In this document: positions 11,140-20,350 of the stretch, piece by piece
Numbering within the stretch: the stretch's first letter is position 1
Layout of the letters: every line of letters starts with the position of its first letter
Assembly: GCA_963813305.1 (NCBI GenBank)
Contig: CAWEYP010000012.1
Span: 11,601 to 75,600, forward strand
Length of the DNA: 64,000 bases
Source of the DNA: an uncultured Chloroflexia bacterium
Lineage (GTDB): Bacteria > Chloroflexota > Limnocylindria > Limnocylindrales > CSP1-4
Direction: 5' to 3'
The notes under the pieces: model-generated
Told to the model about the DNA's origin: nothing
The model's database searches: none
What the model saw: only the letters and a program-made list of their open reading frames with translations
Made by a program: the position numbers and the translations under genes

Positions 11140-12332
11140 GCCGGCGTCCCCGCGGGCGCGACGTGCACGCCCGGCGTCTCGAGCACGGCCAGGGCGGCCC
11201 GCTGGGCGGCGGCGACCGCGGCTCCCGGCTCGACGACCCGGCCGACCCGCAGGCTGGCCTCCTCCATCACCGCGATGGCGCCGAGGATGTCCTCCAGCTC
11301 GACCGACCCGAGGTGGCCGACGCGGAAGATCCGGCCCTTGAGCTTGCCCTGGCCGCCGGCCAGGACGAGGCCGCGCTTCTTGACCTCCGCGTTGAACGCC
11401 TTCCAGTCGAGGTCCTCGGGGACCCAGGCGGCGGTGACGGTCTGGGACGCGTGGGCCGGGTCGGCCAGCAGCGCGAAGCCCAGCGCCGTGAGCCCGGCGC
11501 GGGTCGCGGCGGCGCAGGCGGCGTGGCGGGCGAAGACGCCGGCCGGCGTCTCCTCCTCCATGAGGCGCAGGCCCTCGTCCACCTGGTACATGACGGCGAC
11601 GGCGGGCGTCCACGGCGTCTGGCCGGTCGCGGCGCTCTCCTTCGCTCGCTGCAGGTCGAAGTAGAAGCGCGGCATCCGGGCGCTCTCCATCGCCGTCCAG
11701 GCGCGCTCGGCGACGGCCGCGAAGGCCATGCCCGGGGCGCTCATCCAGGCCTTCTGGGAGCCGGTGACGACGAGGTCGAGGCCCCAGGCGTCCATCTCGA
11801 ACGGGACGGCGCCGAGGGCGCTGATCGCGTCGACGAGGAGCAGCGCGTCGGGCGCCAGCTCGCGGACGACGGCCGCCAGCTCGGGGATCGGGTTCGTGAT
11901 CCCGGTCGACGTCTCGTTGTGGGTGAGGAGGACCGCCCTGACGTTCGGCTCCTCGAGGAGCGCCGCCCGCACGGCGGCCGGCGTGGCCGCCTCGCCCCAC
12001 TCGACCTCCAGGCGCCGGACGTCGGCCCCGTAGACCTCGGCGACCTTGGCGAAGCGGTCGCCGAAGACGCCGACCGTCACGGCCAGGACGCGGTCGCCGG
12101 GGGAGAGGACGTTGACGACGGCGGCCTCCAGGGCGCCCGAGCCGGCGGCGGTGAGCAGGAGGATGTCGGCCTCGGTGCCGAAGAACGGGCGCATCCGGCG
12201 GACGATCCGCTCCATCAGCGCGGCGAACTCGGGGCCGCGGTGGTTGATCATCTGGCGCCCGCCGGCGGCCATCACGGTCGGCGGCAGGGCGGTGGGCCCG
12301 GGGATCCGGAGGTTCTGCTCGAAGCGGGGCAC
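11136..12332 (-). CDS. Class-V (AGXT/SerC-like) pyridoxal-phosphate aminotransferase
   Basis: The frame is intact. The PLP-lysine motif is VVTGSQKAWMSAPG, and the N-terminus RIPGPTALPPTV...INHRGPEF is typical. The start is taken at GTG 12332 (VPRFEQNL), but an upstream start is possible. Confidence 0.85.
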   Translation of the reverse strand: MPRFEQNLRIPGPTALPPTVMAAGGRQMINHRGPEFAALMERIVRRMRPFFGTEADILLLTAAGSGALEAAVVNVLSPGDRVLAVTVGVFGDRFAKVAEVYGADVRRLEVEWGEAATPAAVRAALLEEPNVRAVLLTHNETSTGITNPIPELAAVVRELAPDALLLVDAISALGAVPFEMDAWGLDLVVTGSQKAWMSAPGMAFAAVAERAWTAMESARMPRFYFDLQRAKESAATGQTPWTPAVAVMYQVDEGLRLMEEETPAGVFARHAACAAATRAGLTALGFALLADPAHASQTVTAAWVPEDLDWKAFNAEVKKRGLVLAGGQGKLKGRIFRVGHLGSVELEDILGAIAVMEEASLRVGRVVEPGAAVAAAQRAALAVLETPGVHVAPAGTPA

Positions 12333-12463
12333 GGGATCGGCCTCCTCGGCTGCGAGTCGGTGGCTCGGCTCGGTCGGGGGTCTCGTTCCATCGTCGCCCG
12401 CGCCGTGGCCGAGGTGCGGTGGAAGGGGAGGGTAGGGGCCGGCGCCGGGCGCGTCCACCGTGG

Positions 12464-12483
12464 TATATATGACGACATATGAC
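12464..12483 (+). promoter_or_regulatory. AT-rich -10-like element plus a candidate operator for the RHH antitoxin gene
   Basis: This is the most AT-rich spot in the window: TATATATGACGACATATGAC. It contains two ATATGAC direct repeats (12467-12473 and 12477-12483, 10-bp period), and the second overlaps ATG 12479. Confidence 0.4.
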
Positions 12484-12738
12484 ACAGCTCAAGCGGACCA
12501 CGATCCTGGCCGACCCGGACCTGCTCGACCGGGTCGATCGCCATGCGCGCCGTCTCCCGGACGACGAAGACCGCGGTGATCGCGGCCGCCCTCGAGGCGT
12601 ACCTCGCGGCGCACGCCGCGCCGGCGGAGCTCCCGTTCGTGGCCATCGGGCGCAGCGCCCACGGACGCCTCTCGCTCGACGCCCGGCGGATCGCCGGGCG
12701 CGAGATGGGCAGCGCGGCGCCGGGCCGACGCGGGGTAG
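12479..12738 (+). pseudogene. Ribbon-helix-helix (CopG/VapB-like) antitoxin, frameshifted
   Basis: MTQLKRTTILADPDLLDRVDRHARR is in frame 2. It continues as VSRTTKTAVIAAALEAYLAAH in frame 0. The likely stop is TAG 12736-12738, in the third frame. Confidence 0.55.
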
Positions 12739-12745
12739 CGCGGAC

Positions 12746-13174
12746 GTGGCCGTCCTCCTCGACGCGTCGGCGATCCTGGCCGCCGCCGACACCGCCGATC
12801 TCAACCACGCGGCCGCCCGCGCCTGGTTCGCCCGCGTCGACGAGCCCCTGCTGATCGGGGCGCTGACCCTCGCCGAGGCGGACCACGTCCTCCAGCGCGA
12901 GCTGGGACTCGCCCGCGCACGCTGGCGCTGCTCGCGTCGATCGCGTCCGGCGGCGCGTCCGGGTCGTGCCGCCCACGGAGGCCGACCTCGAGAGCGCCGC
13001 GACGCTGCTGGCTGCCGCCGCCGAGCACCGGCCGCGGCTGTCCGACGCCCTCCTCGTCGTCGGCGGCCCAGCGCCTCGGCGGTGCGCCGCGTGGCGACCT
13101 TCGACCGCCGCCCGCTCGCGGTGCTGGCGCCGCGCGGGCCGCGCGGCGAGCGGCTGATCGACCTGGAGCCGTAG
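12746..13174 (+). pseudogene. PIN-domain (VapC-like) toxin, several frameshifts
   Basis: GTG 12746 opens VAVLLDASAILAAAD...LTLAEADHVLQREL. Later pieces are VRVVPPTEADLESAATLL...RLSDALLVV and RVATFDRRPLAVL...*, found in other frames. Confidence 0.55.
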
Positions 13175-13251
13175 GAGCGCGCGCGCCGCCGGCTCCGCCC
13201 CGGCCCGCCCCGGCTCCGCGGCCGGCGGCGCCGCGCGCCGCGCCGCGTACC

Positions 13252-14637
13252 ATGGCCGCGGTGCCCCCGCGACGCCCGGCCGGCCGGGCCCCCGACCCGC
13301 TCTTCGCGCCGCCGCCCGAGCTGACGCCCCTGGCGGCGCGCATGCGCCCACGCACGATCGACGAGGTCGTGGGCCAGGCACACCTGCTCGGCCCCGGCGC
13401 GCCGCTGCGGCGCCTGGTCGAGGCCGGCCGCCTCCCGTCGATGCTCCTGTGGGGGCCGCCCGGGTCGGGCAAGACGACGATCGGCCGGCTCCTCGCCGAG
13501 GCGGTCGGCGCCCGCTTCGAGTCCCTGAACACGACGATGGACGGCGTGGCCGCCCTGCGCGACGTCGTCGCCGAGGCCCGCAGCGAGGCCGCCTTCCGCG
13601 GCTCGACGACGGTGGTGCTCCTCGACGAGATCCATCGCTACAGCAAGGCCCAGCAGGATGCCCTGCTGCCGCACGTCGAGGCCGGGACGATCGTGCTGGT
13701 CGGCGCGACGACCGAGCCGCCGTTCGGCGGCGGGATCACCCGGCCGCTCCTGTCGCGGCTGCGCGTCTTCCGCCTGGAGGTGCTCGGCGACGCCGAGCTG
13801 CGCGAGATCGCCGCACGGGCGCTGGCCGACGCCGAGCACGGGCTCGGCGGGCGCGTCGAGCTCGACGAGGTGGCGCTGCGCCAGCTGATCGGGTATGCGT
13901 CGGGCGACGCCCGGCGCCTGCTGGGCATCCTCGAGACGGCGGTGTCGCTCGCCTCGGCGGACGGCCGGACCGCCCTCGACTCGACGGACATCGCGCGGGC
14001 GGCCCAGTCGGCGACGCTGGACTACGACCGCTCGGGCGTGATCAGCGCCTTCATCAAGAGCATCCGCGGCAGCGACCCGGACGCCGCGCTGTACTGGCTG
14101 GCGACCGCGCTCGAGGCCGGCGAGGACCCGCGGTACCTCGCCCGGCGGCTCATCGTCAGCGCGTCGGAGGACGTCGGCAACGCCGAGCCGCGGGCGCTGC
14201 CGCTGGCGATCGCCGCCGCTCGACGCCGTGGATCGGATCGGCGCCGAGACGAACGACGAGGGGCTCTACGCGCTGGCCCAGGCGACCGTCTTCGCTGGCG
14301 TGGCGCCCCGAAGTCCGCCGGCGGCCGGCCGGGCGTTCTTCGCCGCCCGCGAGGCGGTGCGGACGCGAGGGGACGCGGCCGGTGCCGTCGCACCTGCGCC
14401 CGGCCGCGAAGACGTACCGCAACCCGCACGACGATCCCGCGGGAGCGGCCGGGCAGCGCTACCTGCCGCGAACGATGGAGGGGCGTCGCTTCCTGCCGTC
14501 GATTCCGGTGCCGCGCCTGCGACCGACGGGCGAACGAGCGACGGCGGGCGACGGCAGCGCGACGGGCGAACGAGCGATCCGGGACCGGGCGAGGAAGCGG
14601 CCGGCGACGGGAGCCGGGCCGGCCCGCCGGGGGCTAG
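13252..14637 (+). pseudogene. rarA: Replication-associated recombination protein A (MgsA/RarA AAA+ ATPase), at least 3 frameshifts; 3' end uncertain
   Basis: Motifs are LLWGPPGSGKTTIGRLLA, VLLDEIHRYSKAQQDALLPHVE, LVGATTE and SGDARRLLGILE. C-terminal pieces DRIGAETNDEGLYALAQATVF and VPSHLRPAAKTYRNPHDDP...QRYLP lie in other frames. Confidence 0.85.
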
Positions 14638-15041
14638 ACCTTGACGACCGCGACGACGACGATCAGGAGCCAGCTGGCGAGCAGGACGCTGAAGATGCCG
14701 GTGAAGACGACCGCGATGCGGCGCAGGTCGCGCACGACGTAGCGGTACTCGTCCTCGGAGACGGCGGTGAGACCTCCCGCGGCGCGGCTGCGGGCGGCGG
14801 GGCTCTCCGAGGTGACGCGGCGCCGGTCGCGGCCGCGGCCGACGGCCGCGGTGGCGGCTCGCTCCTCGGCGACGATCGCGGCCTCCAGCTCGGCGGCGCG
14901 CGCCAGCTCGTCGTCGCTGAGGCTTCCCGACGGCCGCGGTGGCGTCGCGGCCTTCGCGGCCGGCTTCGCGGCGGGATGGCTGCCGCGCTGGAGGGGGGCA
15001 CGCTGGCCCGGTCGTGCGCCGCCGCGCTGCCGCTTCGCCAT
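14634..15041 (-). CDS. Hypothetical tail-anchored protein (basic N-terminus, single C-terminal TM helix)
   Basis: Intact 135-aa ORF: MAKRQRGGARPGQ...DEYRYVVRDLRRIAVVFTGIFSVLLASWLLIVVVAVVKV*. It is convergent with rarA. I recognise no family. Confidence 0.45.
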   Translation of the reverse strand: MAKRQRGGARPGQRAPLQRGSHPAAKPAAKAATPPRPSGSLSDDELARAAELEAAIVAEERAATAAVGRGRDRRRVTSESPAARSRAAGGLTAVSEDEYRYVVRDLRRIAVVFTGIFSVLLASWLLIVVVAVVKV

Positions 15042-15238
15042 CGTGTCGAGTGGTCTCCTGGTCTCGGGTGGGATGGGTCCGCGGCTGGCGGCGTCGCCCG
15101 CCGCGCGGAAGGATACGCCATCGCGGCGCGGGCGGCGGGCGGGTGGCGCCGCCGGGCGGGCGCCGGGCGCCCGGCCCGCTCGGATACGTCCCCGGCAAGC
15201 GCGCCCTGCTAGACTCGGAGGCCCCCAGCGGAGGACCC

Positions 15239-15749
15239 GTGAGCGATCTCAACGCGCTCGTCACCGAGAACGCAGCCTTCTTCATCGCCGGGCTCGCTGC
15301 TCGCCCTCGGCGCTCTCGCCCTCGCGCTCGTGCTCGTCGCGCGCCGCGCGCGACGGCTCGAGCAGCGCCTCGACGCGCTGACCCGTGGCGAGGACGGCCG
15401 GGACCTCGCCGGCGTGCTCGACGCCCACCTGGCGAAGGTGCTCGCCGTCTCGCGCCGCCAGGACGAGCTGGACGCCCACGCGGTGGTGCTCGATGCGCAG
15501 GCCGGGCGCTCGGTCCAGGGCGTCGGCGTCGTCCGGTTCAACACGTTCGAGGACACGGGCGGCAACCAGAGCTTCGTGCTGGCGCTGGTAGATCCGGCCG
15601 GCAACGGGGTGATCCTCAACAGCCTCCACGCCCGCAACCAGACCCGCCTGTACGCGCGGGTCGTGCGCGCCGGCGCCGCCGAGGGAACCCTCTCCGCCGA
15701 GGAGGCCGAGGCCCTCCAGCTCGCCGCGACCCGCGCCCGCGGGCACTGA
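15239..15749 (+). pseudogene. DUF4446 family protein, one frameshift near 15295
   Basis: GTG 15239 is preceded by GGAGGA and by TAGACT at 15210-15215. The DUF4446 core is VGVVRFNTFEDTGGNQSFVLALVDPAGNGVILNSLHARNQTRLYAR. The N-terminal helix is in a different frame. Confidence 0.6.
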
Positions 15750-15765
15750 GCAGGAGCCGGCCGCG

Positions 15766-18700
15766 ATGACGCGTGCCGGGACGGGCCGCTCGCCGCACGC
15801 CGGGTCGAGCGTCGGGCGCGCGGCGGGGAGGCGTCGACGCGGCGAGCCCGCGGACCTCGAGCAGATCCCCGTCTGGCGGGAGCACGTGGCCAGGCCGGGA
15901 GAGCCGGGGGAGCCGGAGGGTCCGGCCGCACCCGTCGGCGTCGACGCCCTGCTGGCCGGCCTCAACGCGGAGCAGCGGCGCGCGGTGACGCACGGCGACG
16001 GGCCGCTCCTCGTGATCGCCGGCGCCGGGACCGGGAAGACGCAGGTCGTCACGCGCCGGATCGCCTGGCTGATCGCGACGAAGCGGGCGAGGCCCAGCGA
16101 GATCCTGGCCCTCACCTTCACCGACAAGGCCGCCGAGGAGATGCAGGTCCGGGTGGACCAGCTGGTCCCGTACGGCTACACGGACACGGTCATCTCGACC
16201 TTCCACGCCTTCGGCGACCGGGTGATCCGCGAGCACGCCCTGGAGCTGGGCCTGCCGTCCGAGCCGCGGGTCCTGTCGCGGCCGGAGACGGTGATCTTCC
16301 TCCGGGAGCGCCTCTTCCGGTTCGAGCTCGACGAGTACCGTCCGCTCGGCAACCCGACGCGCTTCCTCGACGCCCTCGCGACGCTCTTCTCGCGCCTCAA
16401 GGACGAGGACGTCTCGCCGGCCGCCTACGCCGCTCACGCCGCCCGCCTCGTCGCCGAGGCCGAGGCGCAGACCCGCGACCTGCCGGCGCGGGACGCGCTC
16501 CGGGAGACCGCCCGCAGGCAGGCCGAGCTGGCCGCCGCCTACGCGCGCTACCAGGAGCTCCTCGGCGAGGCCGGGGCGATCGACTTCGGCGACCAGGTCG
16601 CCCTGGCGCTGCGTCTCCTCCGCGAGCACCCGGCCTCCCGGGCGGAGCTGCAGGCGCGCTTCCGCTACATCCTGGTCGACGAGTTCCAGGACGTGAACCG
16701 GGCCCAGGCGGAGCTGGTGGCGCTGCTCGCGGAACCGCGCCGGAACGTCGCCGTGGTGGGCGACGACGACCAGTCGATCTACCGCTTCCGCGGCGCGGCG
16801 ACCGGCGCCATCGTCGACTTCCTGGAGCGCTTCCGGGGCGCGCGGACGATCGTCCTGCGCCGCAACTACCGCTCCCTGGCGCCGATCCTCGACGCCTCGT
16901 ACCGGCTCATCCGGTTCAACGATCCGGATCGCCTGGAGGTCCAGCAGGGGATCACGAAGCGTCTCGTCGCCCAGCGGCGCTCCGGCTCGACCGGCGCCAC
17001 GGCGGCCCGGCGCGCTGCCGCCGCCCCGGTGCGCCACGTCGCCTTCGGCACCGGCTCCGAGGAGGCCGACTGGGTCGCCGCGGAGATCGCCACCCGGGTC
17101 GCCGGCGGCGCGGCCCCGCGCGACTTCGCCGTCCTGGTGCGGGCCAACGCCGACGCCGACCCGGTCCTGCGAAGCCTCAACCTCGCCGGCGTGCCGTGGC
17201 GCTTCTCCGGCGCGTCGGGGCTGTACGGGCGCCCGGAGATCCGCGTCCTGCTGGCGTTCCTGCGGGCGGTCGGCGATCCCGGCAGCTCCGTCGACGTCTA
17301 CGGCCTGGCGGCCTCCGACGTCTACGGCATGGGCGGCGAGGACCTCGCGGCGCTGGCGAACCGGGCGCGCCGGACGAACCGCTCCCTGTGGGAGACGCTC
17401 GTCGAGGTGGACGGCCAGCCGGGCCTCCTCCGCCTTCGTCCCGACACCCGGACGTCGCTGGCGCGGCTCGTCGCCGACCTGCGTCGCTTCAGCGAGCTGG
17501 GCCACCGGCGCCCGGCTGGCGAAGTCCTATACGACTTCCTGCGGTCATCGGGTTCACTTGCCCGGCTGATGGAGGCGCGGCACGACGGCGGCCGACGAGG
17601 CGATCTCCAACATCGCCCGCTTCTTCGAGATCGTGCGGGCCCAGTCGGACCTGCTCGCCGACGACCGGGCGGTCTTCCTCGCGCCGCACCTGCAGACGCT
17701 CATCGAGGCGGGCGACGATCCCGGCGACGGCCGACCTCGACCCCGACGCCGACGCCGTCGCGGTCGTCACGGTGCACAAGGCCAAGGGCCTCGAGTGGCC
17801 CGTCGTCTTCCTCGTCGGCCTCGTGGACGGCCGCTTCCCGGCCCGCGGCCGGCGCGAGCAGCTGGCCGTCCCCGACGCCCTGCTGCGCGGCGTCTTCCCG
17901 ACGGGCGACGCCCACGTGCAGGAGGAGCGGCGGCTCTTCTACGTCGGCATGACCCGGGCCCGCGACGAGCTCGTCCTGGCCCACGCGCTCGACTACGGCG
18001 GGCAAGCGGACGCGACGCGCGTCGCCGTTCGTGCTGGAGGCCCTCGACCTGCCGGCGGGATCCACGCGCGCCGACCCGCGCGACCAGCCCGGCCGAGCGC
18101 CTGGCCGCGTTCGACGCGCCGCCGGCGGAGGCGCCCGCCCCGCAGCCGGCCGACGGGGAGCCGGCGGAGCCGCTCGTCCTCTCCTTCTACCAGGTGGACG
18201 ACTACCTCACCTGCCCGCTCAAGTACAAGTACGTCCACGTCATGCGGGTCCCGATCGCCCCGCACCACGCGATCGTCTACGGGGCGGCCCTCCACGTGGC
18301 CGTGCAGGAGTTCCACCGCCGCCATGCCCGCGGCGACGTGATGACCGAGGAGGCCCTGATCGCCGCGTTCGAGGCGGCCTGGTCGACCGAGGGGTTCGTG
18401 TCGCGCGAGCACGAGGAGGCGCGCCTGGACGCCGGCCGCCGGGCCCTGCGCCGCTTCCGCGAGGAGCAGCTGGCGCCGGGCGCCGTCATCCCGGCCTACG
18501 TGGAGCGCGAGTTCGCCTTCACGCTCGACGGCGACCGGGTGCGGGGGCGCATGGACCGCGTCGACGTCATCCCCCTGGCCGCGGGCGCCGAGCCACCGGC
18601 GTCACCGGCGGCACCGCGCCGCGCTCCGCCAGGAGATCCCGCCGGGGGCGGAGATCAGCGAGCGGACGATCCGCGGCGCCGACGTCATCGAACCGACCCT

Positions 18701-19046
18701 CCCTCTCCTGCCGGAGCGGGTCGTGATCACCGACTACAAGAGCTCTGACGTCCGCGATCCCGCCCGGGCCCGCGAGCGGGCCCGGGATTCGCTGCAGCTG
18801 ACGATCTACGCCATGGCCTGGCAGGCCCAGACCGGGCGGCTGCCCGACGCCGTCGCCCTCCAGTTCCTCGAGTCCGGCCTCGTCGGCCTGGCCGACGTCG
18901 ACGCGGAGCGGGTCGACAGGGGAGTCGCCGACATCCGCACCGCCGCGGCCGGGATCCGCGCCCGCCGGTTCGACGCGACGCCGTCGTACATGGCCTGCTC
19001 GTGGTGCGCCTTCCGCGAGGTCTGCCCGGCGAGCGTGGCCCGGTGA
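15766..19046 (+). pseudogene. UvrD/PcrA-type SF1 helicase fused to a C-terminal PD-(D/E)XK (Cas4/AddB-like) nuclease, at least 6 frameshifts
   Basis: Helicase motifs are [51 protein letters not shown] and [13 protein letters not shown]. Nuclease motifs are [19 protein letters not shown] and CSWCAFREVC (an Fe-S-type Cys cluster). The gene ends at TGA 19044-19046. Confidence 0.85.
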
Positions 19047-19891
19047 GCGGCGCCATGAGCCCTCGATCGGTGCCGGGCTCGCGGCCGCCGCTCGCCGCGA
19101 TCACCTTCGACTTCGGCAACACGCTGGTCCCCGTCGACCGGGCGGCGCTGGAGGCGGTCGTCGCGGCGCTCGCCGACGCGGCCGCGCCGGCCTACGGGGT
19201 CGACCGTGAGGCGTTCCTCGTCGCCTGGGCCGAGGAGCGCACGCGCCAGTTCCGCGAGGAGGTGCCGCGGTTCCGCGAGGTCGATCTCACGGTTCGCCTG
19301 CGGCGCGTGCTGGCGGGGCTCCGCGGCCTGCAGGCGCCACCGCCCGACGAGCCCTGGGACGACGACGCGGCTGCGGCGCGATCGACCGCGGCGGAGATCG
19401 CGCTCGGCATCGACGTCTACAGCCGCGCCTTCGTGGCCGGCCTCCCGCCCGACCCGGCGATCGGCATGCTCCTGGCGAGGCTGGCGCCGGAGTACCGCCT
19501 GGGGATCCTGTCGAACTGGCCGCTGGCCGCGACGATCGACCGCTACGCCGAAGCGGCCGGCTGGCTGCCGCACCTGGCCGCGATCGTCGTCTCGGAGCGA
19601 GTCGGAGCGATCAAGCCGCACCCGGCCATCTTCCGCGCCGCCGAGGTGGCGCTGGGCGGGGCGGGGGAGCCGCCGCTCGACCCGGGCTCGATCCTCCACG
19701 TCGGCGACGACTGGGCGGCCGACGTGGTCGGCGCGACGGCGGCCGGCTGGCGGGTTGCCTACCTCCGCTCCCGGCCCGCCGACTCGCCGCTGCCGTCGAG
19801 CGACCCCGACGGCGACCTTGCGCCGGATCTCCTCCTCGACCGCCTGGCCGACCTGCCGGCAGCCCTCGACGGGCTCGCGGACGACGCGTAG
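19043..19891 (+). CDS. HAD-superfamily hydrolase
   Basis: GTG 19043 overlaps the helicase stop (GTGA). Motifs are AITFDFGNTLV (motif I), GILSNW (motif II) and HVGDDWAADVVGA (motif IV). Confidence 0.75.
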   Translation: MSGAMSPRSVPGSRPPLAAITFDFGNTLVPVDRAALEAVVAALADAAAPAYGVDREAFLVAWAEERTRQFREEVPRFREVDLTVRLRRVLAGLRGLQAPPPDEPWDDDAAAARSTAAEIALGIDVYSRAFVAGLPPDPAIGMLLARLAPEYRLGILSNWPLAATIDRYAEAAGWLPHLAAIVVSERVGAIKPHPAIFRAAEVALGGAGEPPLDPGSILHVGDDWAADVVGATAAGWRVAYLRSRPADSPLPSSDPDGDLAPDLLLDRLADLPAALDGLADDA

Positions 19892-19934
19892 CGGGGCGCC
19901 GCGTCCCCGGCCCGCACGCCCGGGGCGCGGTGGC

Positions 19935-19940
19935 TAGACT
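19935..19940 (+). promoter_or_regulatory. -10-like hexamer TAGACT, 7 nt upstream of GTG 19948 (leaderless candidate)
   Basis: It matches TANNNT and has the same spacing class as several other genes in the window. Confidence 0.4.
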
Positions 19941-19947
19941 CGACCGG

Positions 19948-20322
19948 GTGGAGACGCGCGATCGACTGGCCAACCTCGGCATCCTCGCCGCCGCCCTCGC
20001 CGCGTGGGCCGTCGTCGCCCTCCTCGTCCTGTACCGCGACCCGCGGGAGGATCCCGTCGCCGGCGTCCTGGGCGCCGTGGCGATGGGGTCGGCCGTCGGC
20101 CTCACCGCCACGCCGCTCTTCTGGCTGGCCGCCTTCGCCCGCCATGGCCGGATCGCCTATCGCGGCGACTGGCTTCGGGCCGGGCGGCGCGGCCTGTGGG
20201 TGGGGCTCGTCGTCGGGATCCTCGTCGAGCTGCGCGTCCTCGGCGTCTTCTCGCTGCCCATCGCCCTGTTCATCGTCGTCCTCGTCCTGTTCGCCGAGCT
20301 GACGCTCTCCATCGAGCGCTGA
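19948..20322 (+). CDS. Hypothetical integral membrane protein (four predicted helices)
   Basis: Intact ORF with hydrophobic stretches ILAAALAAWAVVALLVL, VLGAVAMGSAVGLTATPLFWLAAF, LWVGLVVGILV and LPIALFIVVLVLFA. The ORF track starts it at 19930, but GTG 19948 fits the promoter better. Confidence 0.5.
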   Translation: METRDRLANLGILAAALAAWAVVALLVLYRDPREDPVAGVLGAVAMGSAVGLTATPLFWLAAFARHGRIAYRGDWLRAGRRGLWVGLVVGILVELRVLGVFSLPIALFIVVLVLFAELTLSIER

Positions 20323-20350
20323 CCCGGCTCTCGCCACGGGAGGTTCACCC

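Noticed and set aside
12462-12488. The AT-rich 27-mer as a chromosomal dif site for XerC.
   Set aside because: It consists of direct ATATGAC repeats rather than the inverted XerC/XerD arms around a 6-bp core. It also overlaps the start codon of an RHH antitoxin, so an operator/promoter is the simpler reading.
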